This document shows, one piece after another, positions 39,559 through 52,184 of a DNA stretch of 64,000 nucleotides; the stretch's first letter is position 1; the number at the start of each line of letters is the position of its first letter. A program made the position numbers and the translations under genes. Below the pieces are notes generated by a model. The model had not been told where the DNA came from and made no database searches. It saw only the letters and a list, made by a program, of their open reading frames with translations. The stretch lies in the NCBI RefSeq assembly GCF_030028105.1, contig NC_092372.1, forward strand, positions 150,046,058-150,110,057, given 5' to 3'. This DNA comes from Mobula birostris. Its lineage: Eukaryota.

Positions 39559-41214
39559 CAGGCGTTGGGCCTCTGACATCCAGACTTGTCGAAATCAGGC
39601 CTCAACTTCAAAGCTCACTGACTTAAGTTTTCAGCTTTCAGGTTTTGACCCCAGGATCTGGTGATCATTGGACTTTGGGGTTGCATGGACCTCCACCTCA
39701 GGGTCTTGCTGATCTGGAGAGTCAGTTGCTCTCATGCTCCTGTCCGCACAGGGCTTCGGTCCTGGAGGTGGGGGGTGGGGGGAGTCATCTGCCCTCATCC
39801 ACGGAGTCTACTGGACTTTGTCTCAGGGCCTGCCGACCCAGCATGGTGATCACTGGCCTTTGACTGTGGAGTGCTCTGATCTGGACTCTGACTCCTGCCC
39901 CTGACTCTTAAATCCCCATCACTGGTTCTTAAACTGTCCTCTAACTCCCCGTGCTGCCCCAAAACCATCCTTACAAACCTAAAAATCAACTGAGTCTGAA
40001 CCACAACCTCAGCTTCCCTTCCACTGAGTCTGTGATCATCTTAAATTAACACTCGCTTCTTAATGCCATTGAAGTTTTTAACTCCACATGCTTTTTTATT
40101 GTAGTTTTTGATAACAGATTGGACCGAGAAGTTGCTTTTTTTCCCAGCATTTAACTGCAGGCTTGCTCATTCAGTGGGTGCCTCAGTACTGACACTGTTG
40201 GCAGCATGGGAGCTTTGAACTTAGCGGAGGAAAGTCAGTCATGTGACTGTTGGTGTGGTGGGAGGGGGCATTGGTGGTGGGTGGTGGTTAAGGACTGCAG
40301 CGCAGGAGGCAAAAGTAGAGGATATACACACATTGATCTTTGAAGAGCTGTATTTTCACATGCTCATGTTTTGGAAGGCCGTCATCACAAAACATACATG
40401 GCGTCCTATGGGATACCTCCAGTCACTCCCTTGAGTCTGGCCTGCTCTCCATGTTCAGCTATAGATGACAATGATTCTCAAATTCCTAGCCATTGAATTT
40501 TTTCCAAGTGACAACTTCAGGTTCTGTACTATATTCAATTTGCTGTTCACTGCAGCATAAGGCAAGTCAGCAAGGCATTCTACTTGCAAGGGAGTTACTT
40601 TGCCTTTCTTAATTTCCATGGAGACGAAGTGATACTGCCGACATTGTGACTTGCCAGCACTGCTGCCATTCCATCAATGCAGACAGGCACTGACTGAGCT
40701 CCTGACCACATAGACTCTGCCTTATGATCAGAGATGCAAGGGCCTATTGAAACAATTTTAAAAAGTGGAAAATGGAGGGAAAAGCTATTTAATAACATAC
40801 ATAAGTTGTATAAAGCAATTAAAATCAATAATTTTTAAAGTAAGGTAACAAAGACACAGCTTCACTTACCTTTTTGAGCATCTGTGATTGTGGTCTAATG
40901 AATGTTATGGCTAATGCACTAGGCATAACTTGAAGCCTAGGGTCCAGATATGGACTGTATCTCAGTACTTTATGTAATTCTCTTGAACTCATGGTAGCCA
41001 GTGCTGAGTGATGGTCAGATCTGGAATCCTTTGATTCGTAGTGTCCAGTATTCGTAGTAGCCATTTGATATGTAGCAATTTAAAGTAATGCACATAACTG
41101 AATATTCAACAGTTTGGTGCAGAATAGATAGAAATGGTAGGCTCACATTTCAGCTGGTGAGTTCTGTACTATTCAATGATGAAAACCCCTCATGAATTTC
41201 TACTTGCGATTCAT

Positions 41215-41925
41215 TTTATCAGAATTAGGTTTAATATCACTGACATATGTTGTAAACTCAGCAGGTCGGGCAGCATCCGTGGAAACGATCAGTCGACGTT
41301 TCGGGCCGGAACCCTTCATCAGGACTGAAGAGGGAAGGGGCAGAGGCCCTATAAAGAAGGTGGGGAGAGGGTGGGAAGGAGAAGGCTGGTAGGTGCCAGG
41401 TGAAAAACCAGTAAGGGGTTGAGGGAGGGGAAGCAGGGAGGGAGGTAGTGTTCATGGGTTCAATGTCCATTTAGAAATCGGATGGCAGAGAGGAAGAAGT
41501 TCTTCTTGAATCGCTGTGTGTGTGCCTTCAGGCTTCTGTACCTCCTTCCTGGTGGTAACAATGAGAGGAAGGCACGTCCTGGGTGGTGGGGGTCCTTAAT
41601 GATGGGCACCGCCTTCCTAAGGCATCTCTCCTTGGAATTGTCTTGGATACTACGAGGTTGAGTACCCATGATGGAACTAATTAATTTTACAAATTTCTGC
41701 GATTTACTTTGATCTTGTGCAGTAGGCCACACCCCCCACATAACACACAGTGATGCAGCCAGTCAGAATACTCTCCATGGTACCATGGTACATTTGTAGA
41801 GGTTTTTGAGTGTGTTAGTTGACAAACCAAATCTCCTCAACTCCTAATGAACTGTAGCCAGTGTCTTGCCTTCTTTATAGCTTTATCAATATGTTGCATC
41901 CAGGTTAAGTCCTCAGAGATATTGA
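41215..41925 (-). mobile_element. Rex1-type 3' fragment containing a Penelope-end insert (about 41256-41442)
   Basis: RCLRKAVPIIKDPHHPG...LLPPGRRYRSL. Confidence 0.8.
41289..41328 (-). ncRNA. Minimal type I hammerhead ribozyme
   Basis: Minus: TCAGTC-CTGATGA-A-GGG ttccgg CCC-GAAA-CGTC-GACTGA; perfect 6-bp helix I. Confidence 0.8.
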
Positions 41926-43817
41926 CAGTATCATTTGTCCATTTCAAGGCATACATTGGGAGACAACAGATGAATGGATTATAGGTAGAAGCACCTGGTT
42001 TTGCTCAGCTCACAGAAATTGGAAAGAATTTATGTGTCATAGCTGTCTGCAGAAATGATCACTTCTCACTAATGCAATCTCACCTATTTTTGTCTTATGT
42101 ATTATGGACGATTTGTCAGAATGCATGGAGAGGAGTAGGTGTTTCATTTCACTACCTGGCCTTCCTCAGACTTCGCACTCTTTTGAAGGAGTCCCCACAT
42201 TATCAGAATAAGAATTGTTAGTGTAGGCAAAACAAGGAATGATCATCGTGATATAGTGATCAGCTTCACAATGGAACGTGTGTGCTCTCATGGCTGTTGA
42301 AGTATTTCACCAGGTGGTCTGTTGCAGTGACGTTATAAGGGGAAACTTCACTTAGTTTTAAGAATCAGAATCAGTTTTATCATCACTGACATATGTCGTG
42401 AAATTTGTCATTTTGCGGCACTAAGACTTAAAATTGCTATAAGTTACAGAAATGAATAAGCACAAAAGAAGAGTAATGAGTTAGTGTTCATGGGCTGTTC
42501 AGAAACCTGATGGCAGAGGGGAAGAAGCTGTTCCTAAAATGTTGGGTGTTAGTCTCCTGGCTCCTGGCCCTCCTTCCCAATGGTCGTAATGAGGACATGT
42601 CTCAGATGGTGGTGGGGGGGGGGGGGGGGCCTCTTTTTAAAGAACAATACTGCCTTCTTGTGGCAGCACCTCTTGAAGATGTTCCTGATGGTGAGAAGGG
42701 CTTTGTCTTGTGATTCTGTGTATTGAAAGTTCCATAACAAGCAATTATGGCTTTATTTGCATGTGTTGACTTTGCATAATTGACCGTAATCACCTTTCTA
42801 AGTAAAATGTCACTGTCCCAAAGTAGCAACTGCCATAGCAGTGTGACTTACCTCTGTAATGTAAGCTGTGTTATTTGCCTGAACTAAGAAAACATTTGAA
42901 TATTTCTTGAGTTTTGTGAATCACTTGTAAGACAGTGGTATCAAATAATGCATAAATGGAAAATGTTGTCTTTTGTCTCTTAAGTTATATTCCCAAGAAT
43001 TTAAAATGTTAACAACATTGGAAGTCGGTTTTCATGTCCACATGCTACATTGAAGTATCCTCTTTGGGGTTGCTGGAGGTTTGCCTACCACCCCTCCCCT
43101 TCTCTCTGAGTTCACTTAGTGCACTAAATGTAAGAATCATCTCAATACTGTTGAAGGGGTCTTTTGGGACTGTTGGCTCTTGTGCTTGTGTGACGTATGT
43201 ACCTGAGAGGCTGTAGTTCAAATTGAATTGGTGCTTTTGTGACTTCTGTGTACTCTGTTGCAGTGAAACTCAAGGCACATTGAGTGGACAGTGATATGTG
43301 AGTCAGACTGCAAACCCAGTGTTTCAGTTCCAGAGCAGGAGTTGAGCCAGTTGGCAGACAGGGCCCTGCTGTTTCCACTTTTCCCTGTGATGTCAGTTCT
43401 CAGCATAATCCATGCAGGATTCAGCTGTCAGTGAAGATGTGTGAGTGGAGAAAGTAAGCCTCCAATTTTGCAAAAAAGTGATGAGTTCCATTTTCCAAAT
43501 CTCTGTTCTTGTACGAAACCAATCTGTGCTTTAGAGTTACCTCGCTGCTCATGCAAAAGAGCATCTGTTAATGTGCAGCATCACTCTGTTGTGGAAAAAC
43601 AGCCCACTGCTTGAAAGAAGGCATCCCATTGCTGTTGATCAGTTCCTCCTCTGTGTTCATTGAACATTCAATCTGCTGACAGCAATTTGACTGTTGCTAT
43701 ATGGCAGACCTTGGCCCTCTACCTGAATTTAGGAAAGAGCATGTAAAGGTAGATAGACTTTGCATGGCCCCTATCTTTGCCTGCCTCTATCCTTTGAAAC
43801 CTTGTAGTGTCTCTTGT

Positions 43818-43897
43818 GTCTCCCCCTCCCCCTTTCCCTCCCCCACCCCTCTCTCTCCCCCTCCCCTCTCCCTCCCCTCTCTCTCCCTCTCCCCTTT
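43818..43897. repeat. Polypyrimidine (CT/CCCT) low-complexity tract
   Basis: About 80 nt of almost pure C/T. Confidence 0.9.
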
Positions 43898-44619
43898 GTT
43901 CTAGCAGCCCTTCAACACCCTTAGTATGTATAACTTCTCTCTAGTTGCTATACACATGTACCTTTAAGAGATGTTGACTTTTTGTTACTCTTGAACACCA
44001 GTTTGCCCAGAGTTGTTCTGAATTGAGTGTAGGCTTCTTAAAAACTGCTCAGTAAATGTGTTAAACTTCTTTGTTAGTGTAACCACCTCTATCATGTTTC
44101 AAACAGGTCTTTGATCATTTTTTTTTCTTTGACAGGTTCTGATTTACCACTGGACCTAAATTCTGTTATGTTTTGATACACCAAAAATAGGTGCATCCAA
44201 TTTCTGGCTTAGTATTTATTAATCACGAGACTGCAGGGATTCAAAGGAAATCCAGGAAAAATTAATTGCTTGAGAGAAAGTAAACGAGATGGCATGTTTG
44301 AAGAATTATGCTAGGGAGAAAGGATTTAATAATGTATCCTGTGAATTAGCAGTGGGGCTGTTAGAAATTTCTAATCCGCTTCAAAAACTTTGATTCTTCC
44401 ACATGACACACATCTTTCATATTTACAGATAATACAGAGGCAGGAGAGACAGTTGTATGTGGGAGGCTGATTTGGGAAGTAGAAAGTAGGACAAATGTTA
44501 GTGGGCAGAATAATAGCATTGAAATTTGGCATGTAAAGTAATGCCTACTGATGGAAAAACAGAACTTAGATAGCCATGAGTGAAATTCAGACAGATTCAG
44601 GAGTCTCCCTAAACATCAG

Positions 44620-45295
44620 AACCAGTAACAGGTTTAATATCACTGACATATGTTGTCAAATTTGCTGTTTTGCAGCAGCAGTGCAATACATTAATAAACT
44701 ATAAATTACAATAAGAAGAGGAAGTCGCCATACCTAAAATGTTGAGTGTGTGTCTTCAGGCTCCTGTACCTCCTCTGTACACAAAATACTCTGCAGATGC
44801 TGGGGTCAAAGCAACACTCACAACACGGTGGAGGAACTCAGCAGGTCAGGCAGCATCCGTGGAAACGTCAGGGTGAAGGGTTCCAGCCCGAAACATTGAC
44901 TGATCGTTTCCACGGATGCTGCCCGACCTGCTGAGTTCCTCCAGTGTGTTGTGAGTGTTGCTCTGTACCTCCTCTATGATGGTAGTAGCAAGAAGAGAGC
45001 ATGTCCTGGGTGATGGGGGTCCTTAATGATGGATGCCACCTTCTTTGAGACATCACCTTTTGAAGATATCCTCGTTGCTGGGGAGGCTAGTGCCCATTGC
45101 AGCTTGCTGGGTATGCACCTGCCTACAGCTTTTTCTGATCCTTTATCCCAGATGGTGGTGAAACCAGTTAGAATGCTCTTCATGGTACATCTATAGAACT
45201 TTGCTAGGGTCTTTGGTGACAAACTAAATCACCTCAAATACCTAATGAATTATAGCTGCTGACGTACCTTCTTTGTAATTACATCCGTATGCTTG
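44620..45295 (-). mobile_element. Rex1-type 3' fragment hosting a foldback Penelope-end insertion
   Basis: MSPKTLAKFYRCTMKSILTG...ASIIKDPHHPGHALF. Confidence 0.8.
44777..44962. mobile_element. Inverted (foldback) Penelope-end insertion
   Basis: 58-bp inverted arms at 44810-44867 and 44905-44962; TSD CTGTACCTCCTCT at 44764-44776 and 44963-44975. Confidence 0.85.
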
Positions 45296-45450
45296 GTATA
45301 TTTCTCTGACCCATGAGCCTATTGGTGGAGCAAGTTAATCTTACAGTTATCCCCAGGCCTAAAACCTCCCAGTGGGCTCAGTTCAGCCTTCCCTTGAACA
45401 TTTTGTGGAAGACTATTGTAGAATCCAGTTTTTTTTTCAGAAACCCATTG

Positions 45451-46234
45451 CACTGGACAACAAATTTTTTTGAAAATGTTGCTTCCCCAAATTTTTTCTT
45501 TGTTTATGATAGACCACTTGAAGCTGAACACAAATACAATTTCAGACTACTTGTATCACGGAGGAATTTGGAGAAATAAAAAAAAACTTTTATTGAAATA
45601 TAATGCATTTAATTGCAAAGCAGTGCTGAGGTTTGCCAAAGTCCAACTAATCTAAAATGTTTTGTTGATGATTTTCATTTGTACTCGATGTCTGAGGCTT
45701 CTTGCTTAAGTGTTCAACAATAATCAACCAACGCTGGTGGATTCCAGTTGCTCTGATACTGTTTCTCCATGACTGCAATGTCCTGATGAAACCCTTCACC
45801 ATACTAGTCGTTGACAGCACCAGGATTGGCAGGGAAGAAGTCTAAATGGGAATACAGAAAATGAATCTTTAGTGACATATTGCACTTAATGGTTTTGTAT
45901 TCTTGAAGCATGCTGTCAACCAGCTGCATGTAGTTTGGTGCTCTGTAGTTGCCAAGAAAATTTTCAGCAACATCCTTGAATGCCTTCCATGCGATATTCT
46001 CCGGACCTACTAGAAGCTCTTCGAATTGCCATCATTGATGACCAACAAATATGCTTTCCTTAATCTTGGCATCAGTTATTCTGACTTGAATTATGAATTG
46101 AAATAAGAAATATAGGCGATTTCAAAAAATAGTGCATGATAGGGAAAGTTCATGGTGGTTTTCATAAACCGCAGCCCAAACTCCATAAGTAACACTCAGA
46201 AGTATTCAGGAAGCAAAATCTTTGTTGTTCAATG
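45451..46234 (-). mobile_element. Chapaev3 (CMC superfamily) DNA transposon, internally deleted
   Basis: Ends CACTGGACAACAAA ... TTTGTTGTTCAATG; minus encodes AWKAFKDVAENFLGNYRAPNY...CNMSLKIHFLYSHLDFFP...GEGFHQDIAVMEKQYQ...DYC. Confidence 0.88.
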
Positions 46235-47843
46235 TAATCTTTCCTCAACTGAGGAATTTGTTTTTCTCAATTGAGGAAAACACACTGTGCTAAGTCATTT
46301 GTAACAATGTCATGATATTTATGCTCATAAGGGGTAAGGATATGTTTGGCCAATTTTCCACCAAGCCTGAATAAATTTACGAGTACCTCAATTTAATGCC
46401 ACTTGTCAGTCAACTGATCATCTCTCTCTTTTAAGCAGAATAGATGTTATCCTTCTAAGAAATTTCATGGGAAATCCAAATTTCCCACTTATTCCATTGG
46501 TATCAAAAAACATTATTTGAGAATGAAAGGGGCTTTTTTAAATTGGAATTTTTTGTTTGAATGTTTTATGTTTTGTGCACTAAAAAGTGAGAATTGAAGC
46601 TTGCTCTGACCTGCCTGACTTCTATTTAATGGTTAGGATTTTGCATTATAGTAACCCGTTATATCTGACTGATTGATTATAGTACATCTGAATAGTTCAT
46701 AGATTATCTGTGAAGCTTTAATTTCTGATAAGTCAGAAAGTGATTTGTTTAATTGAAATCTTACATCTTTTGTTATTCTGTAAATGATGATTATAATCAG
46801 TTTGTCTTAAATCATTGTGTAGGAAGGGAGCTATTCAATCCCTCTTGCCATTTTACTGTTGAAGACTGTAATTTTTCCCTATTCCAGTGCCCAGTTAACT
46901 GGTTTCTAGAATTGTTTCTGTTGTCCTACCCTGAAAATCTTGTTGGGTATTGATCACATTGTTCTTTGTGGGGATGCCTCCTAACATAAGCCTGAAGATT
47001 TCAATTGTACCTATACTGTAGTCATGTATTAAGAAAATAATATTCCATTTTTTCCATTTTTTTTTACTTGGGGAAATTTTAAACGGAATATGTCAGCAAA
47101 CTTTTAAAATATTTCTAGTTAGAGATTGAATATAATCCATTGGTTGAGTTACTTACCTATGGGGTTAAAGTTCAGTTTCAGTTTTTAAGTCAGGTCGGAT
47201 AAGTCAAAATTTATTGAAGTATTTTTTAAAAATGTGTTAATAAACTAATTAACAAGACAATGTGCATTCTCTACCTTCAGATAAGCAAAATACTGATCAT
47301 CTTGTGAGATCTAATTTAAAAGCCAAACTTAGCTATTAGCTATAATGTGAGCTAAAATTATCAAGGATATATAACCAGAAAATGCTGGAAACATAGCAAG
47401 CTGGCTCTGACGAAGGATCTTGGACCTGAAACATGAACTGTTTCTCCTTCCACAGAGGCTGTCTAACCTGCTGAATATTTTTAACTTCTGTTTTTTATGC
47501 TAGCTGTAAATCCTGAAAACTGCCTGAGGGGTATTGGGTTTTCAAAGCAATTAAAGATGTGTGGGTAGGCCACTTTCAGTTTCCCCGGTGTGTAGGTGAG
47601 TGGAAAATCCGAGGAGGTTGAAAAGATAATGAGGAAAATTTTTTAGAAATTGTGATTTATGTAGGATTGATTGGTTTAAAATGGGTGGTTCATAATTGGT
47701 GTAGACTAAGTGGGCCAGAGGACCCATTACTGTGCTGTATCCTGGTGATTTTATGATTATCCTCCATTTATTTTACTTTGTAATACAATGTTGCATTCAT
47801 TGTGAGAAATTGCTGACTTTTATCTCTGTGATTTTTGTTCCAG

Positions 47844-47913
47844 TTAGGTAATGAAATCCCTGAAGGTGCCAGTGTACCTGCTTTAGGCTTGTCAAACAAG
47901 GCGGTTTTTCAAG
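47844..47913 (+). CDS. ELP2: ELP2 exon (7th), phase 0 to 1
   Basis: ttccag|, |gtactt; LGNEIPEGASVPALGLSNKAVFQ(G). Confidence 0.95.
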
Positions 47914-48483
47914 GTACTTTTAAGTATTCAATTTTTCTACTTTGAGCTATATGTTTCAATTGAATGTGTTTCTTTGTCGCTGAGTGTGTATTATGTTGGT
48001 GTTAGTTGGAGGGGGTGTGGTGGGAGGTCGTTAGGGCATCCTGATTTCAATGGTACAGTTTATTTGGAGTAGGTAAACTGAAGATATTGAATCAGCCTTG
48101 TTTTTTTATTTTACATTCATCGTATTTAATAAATTATGACATCATGGTTTTTTTCGTTTGCATGTATTTCATTAATCTCTGCCGCTTAGATTATGGGGCC
48201 CAATGGTGTACTTGTTTCAATGCAGCATAACGTGTGTCTGCTCATTTATGTTACATCAAAAGCTCTGTCAATACTTTCATGACACTGATTCTAAAGCTTC
48301 ACTACTCTTTATACTTTCTAGATGGCTTTATAGTATCCTTACGTACCATGCTTTTTTTCCTCTTTAGTCTCAGCACTAGCCTCTATTGGCTCACAAAGCT
48401 CCAATACATCTTGTTAGCAAATGAGGTTTTGAATTAAATAGTTGGGGAAGACCTCTGGAAAGTGTGTCTAAGTTAAAGTATAA

Positions 48484-48792
48484 TAATAGGCATCCGTTAG
48501 TCTCGTGAGACCATGGATTTATGCCTTGGAAGGTTTCCAGGGCGCAGGCCTGGGCAAGGTTGTATGGAAGACCAGCTGTTGCCCATGCTGCAAGTCTCCC
48601 CTCTCCACGCCACCGATGTTGTCCAAGGGAAGGGCACTAGGGCCGATACAGCTTGGCACCGGTGTCGTCGCAGAGCAATGTGTGGTTAAGTGCCTTGCTC
48701 AAGGAGACAACACACTGCCTCAGCTGGGGCTCGAACTAGCAACCTTCAAATCACTAGACCAATGCCTTAACTACTTGGCCACGCGCCAACGC
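48484..48792 (-). mobile_element. tRNA-derived CORE-type SINE (tail B)
   Basis: Same head and core as the 33-kb SINE; (TAT)n end; TSD AGTTAAAGTATAA at 48471-48483 and 48793-48805. Confidence 0.88.
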
Positions 48793-50229
48793 AGTTAAAG
48801 TATAAGGGATGAAAGAATAATGCAGAGTAGCAAAATGGGTAGTGATCAGCAGGTCTATCAGGACCATGGACAGCATAGGATATTCCATTTTCAGAAGAGA
48901 TATGCAAAATGGGAAAGGAGCAAAGGTCGCCCTGATAATAAAGAACAGGGTAAGGGTAGCAGAGGAAAAGTATCTTAACACACACGTACAAGAAGTAAAA
49001 TCAATTTGGGTAGAAAATATGGATGGAAGTTGTCCATGACCCCCAAGCAGAGGTGTGAATGAAGAGAAGAGAACTCCGGAAATTACATGAACAGATATCA
49101 TGCACAATAGAGTGATCACTGAGGACTTGAGTCTAAATGTAGCGTTGACGAACTATTTTAGCAGTAGTGTGAATGTTGAATCCATAAAACAATATATTAG
49201 AGTTCATTTTCCCATAAGGTATGTTGAGAAAACACAACACAGGCTATTTTAAATATAGTATTGTGCAATAAGGAATGGTTAATTTTTATATTAGCTGACA
49301 GAAAGGTGACTGTAACTCAAATAACCATGCGCTATAACAGGTGTACAGAAGAGCATCTACAAATGCAAAACACGTCAAAACTTGAAGCCGATGGTTTACA
49401 ACAACAGAAGACCACACCAGGTTCCACTCCTGTTCCTAATAAAGTGGCAAATAGGCTAAATAAATGGATGAGATTATGGCAGATAGAAGATGATGTAGAA
49501 CAGGTGTCATACAATTTGATTGAAAAATTTTAAAATGCAGAGTTTTTTTTTAAATAGTGAGAAATTGAAAGCTGGTAGTGTTCAGATGGACTTGTATACA
49601 AGTTATTGGAAGTTAACAAGCAGGTACATCATGTTATTATGAAGATCAATGGTATGTTGGCCTTTGTTACAGAATGGATTTGAATACAAAAGTGTTATAT
49701 TATAGTGGCTATATTACATTTGGTCAGCACCTCATTTATATCATTAATGTAGCCTGAACAGCATAGATCATTCTGGAACCTCATCAGCTAGACCCTCTCA
49801 GTCTCACTTATTCCTACTCTCTGTTTCCTGTCTGTTAACCATTCCTCATTTTATACCAGTATAATATCACCAATCTCTGGGGTTCCATTTTTGATTCATA
49901 AACTTTTGTATAGCACATTGTTGAAGACTTCCTGAAATCCCACACCCATTGGTTCAACCAAATACATTACGCTCATTACATCAAAAAACAATTTCTCTTT
50001 CATAAACTCATGCTGACTCTGCTTAATGCTGTTATTATACCATTTTCCAAAAAAAACTGACAGATGCAAGAATTTTTTTTTGCACAGTGCATCTAATTTC
50101 TTTCTCTCTGCTTTTTCACATTATAATTTCTCTTCCTTGGCTTCAAAATGCCAGTGAAGTATTCGAGTCAATATTGCATCTAAAGACGACTTTACAAAAT
50201 GCCTGAGTACAAATCATGCTAAGCAATAA

Positions 50230-50950
50230 CATTCAAAATAAATTTTATTATGTAAGTACATATATATCAACCACATTCAACCGTGAGGTTCATTTTCACA
50301 TGGGCACATTCAGCAAATCTATAGAACAGTAATCGTAACAGCATCAATGAAAGATCAACCAGAGTGAAGAAAACAGCAAATTGCGCAAATGCAAATATAA
50401 ATATATAGCAATAAATAACAAGAGCATGAAATAAAGAGTCCTTAAAGTGAGATCATTGGTTGTAGGAACATTTCAATGATGTGGCAAGTGAATGTAGTTA
50501 TTCCCTTTTATTCATAAGCCTGATGGTTGATGGGTAGTAACTATTCTTGAACCTGGTGGTGTGAGTCCTGAGGCTCTTGTACCTTCTACCTAATGGCAAA
50601 AGTGTGAAGAGACCATGACGTGGGTGGTGGCGACCTCTGCTCATGGATGCTGATTTCCTATGACCAGTGTTTCGTGTTGATGTGCTCAATAGTTGGGAGG
50701 GCTTTATCTGAGATGCACTGCGCTGAATCCATTTCTTTTTGAAGGATTTCCCATTCAGGGATATTGGTGTTTCCATACCAGGCTGTGATGCAGCAAGACA
50801 ATATACTCTCCACTACACGTCTATAGAAATTTGTCAAAGTTTTAGATGTCATGTTGAATCTCCGCAGACTCCTAAGGAAGCTGAAGTGCTGCCGTGCTTT
50901 CTTTGCAATTGCAGTTTTGTGCTGGGTCCAGGACAGGTCCTCTGAAATAG
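50230..50950 (-). mobile_element. Rex1/Babar LINE 3' fragment
   Basis: ISEDLSWTQH..AIAKKARQHFSFLRSLRRF...LLPLGRRYKSL. Confidence 0.88.
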
Positions 50951-51645
50951 TATGAAATGGCACAAATCACAGCGATGCCAGTCTCATGCCCACTCTGTCC
51001 CATTGTGTTCATGGAGAATGATCATGATTAGGAACCATGCAAAATCCCTATCCTCTCATTTCTCAGTTTTAACTCATTTTCATTAGCAACCAATCCCTGC
51101 CATCTTTGGAAACCAACTAGTGCTAATGGCATCATTGACCTGAGAGCATCAGCTAAATCAGTAGGAATTTGCTGTTAGACTTGTAGCATTAACCTTTGTG
51201 GCTAACTGCAGCATTAAATGCTCTTAAAAAAAAAACATTGCTTGATTATTGTTGCACTTTCTAAATCTTTGTGCAAAGTATCTACACATGTAGCAGCTGT
51301 TTGACTGATTGCTAGTCGAGTAAATAAGTGTTTGTACTATACTAGATTTCTCTACCAATAAATTCTCAAATTAATATGATCTTGTCAGGCATCTTCATTT
51401 TCACTATGCAAAATTAGTATATAAAATTATGCGATTGTAATGAAAATACTTATGCATAATCTTAGAAGGGAATATTTTCTAAACTAAATATGATTTAATT
51501 TAAATCAATTTTTAAAGTTTTTATCTTGTATGTATTGAAGGTGGTGAAATACAGTTTTAAAAAACTTGCAGTTTAAATAAAATATTGCTAATACATATGA
51601 GTCATCTGATTTTTCTTTAAAATAATATAAATTTCTTTGGAACAG

Positions 51646-51747
51646 GAGAAATAACTGCAAATGCAAGTAAAAGGGATCCAAGTGCATTGCCTCTCAGTGC
51701 TGCCGACCAGTATCCCCAGGCTTATTTTCAACCAATCAGTCTTACAG
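51646..51747 (+). CDS. ELP2: ELP2 exon (8th), phase 1 to 1, variable linker
   Basis: aacag|, |gtatgt; (G)EITANASKRDPSALPLSAADQYPQAYFQPISLT; C-terminal part resembles human YQQVAFQPSILT and phases fit both neighbours. Confidence 0.9.
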
Positions 51748-52184
51748 GTATGTGATTCTAGTAGCTCAAGAAAGTTATTCTGAAAATTTATGGCAAGTTT
51801 TAAATTCAAAATTAAAATGGAATTTACGAACGGTGGAAGGTGTTGCATAAACCCTTTTTAAACAACCAAGATATTTACTGCATCCTTGTGAGATTCTTAA
51901 TAGATTATCTAATTTAAAGATTCACATTTAACCACAAGTAGTTGTACTTAACAGTTCTTTTCTGAATGATGTACAGTACATTTGGAATCAAAGTAAACTA
52001 TTTTTATCTTTCAAATTTTCTTTGCTGAAATTCCAATGAATTGTTAAAGTGAATATTTATGTTAAAGTGACAATATGTATATTGTCAAAAATATTATGGT
52101 AAGATTGAAAAATATGGCTATGTTTTAATATCTGTACAACATGAAGTTGCTTCGTATGGTTATAGAAAAATGTCCTAAATGGTG

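Noticed and set aside
43818-43897. H-DNA/G-quadruplex regulatory element
   Set aside because: Simple low-complexity tract common in vertebrate introns; nothing links it to function.
47841-47850. Alternative acceptor 4 nt downstream (CAG TTAG); similar TAG ATAG at 11946-11952
   Set aside because: Would frameshift ELP2; no evidence of use from sequence alone.
48700-48790. tRNA genes at about 33170-33247 and 48710-48790
   Set aside because: A/B boxes run into a SINE core and tail with TSDs; no proper acceptor stem.
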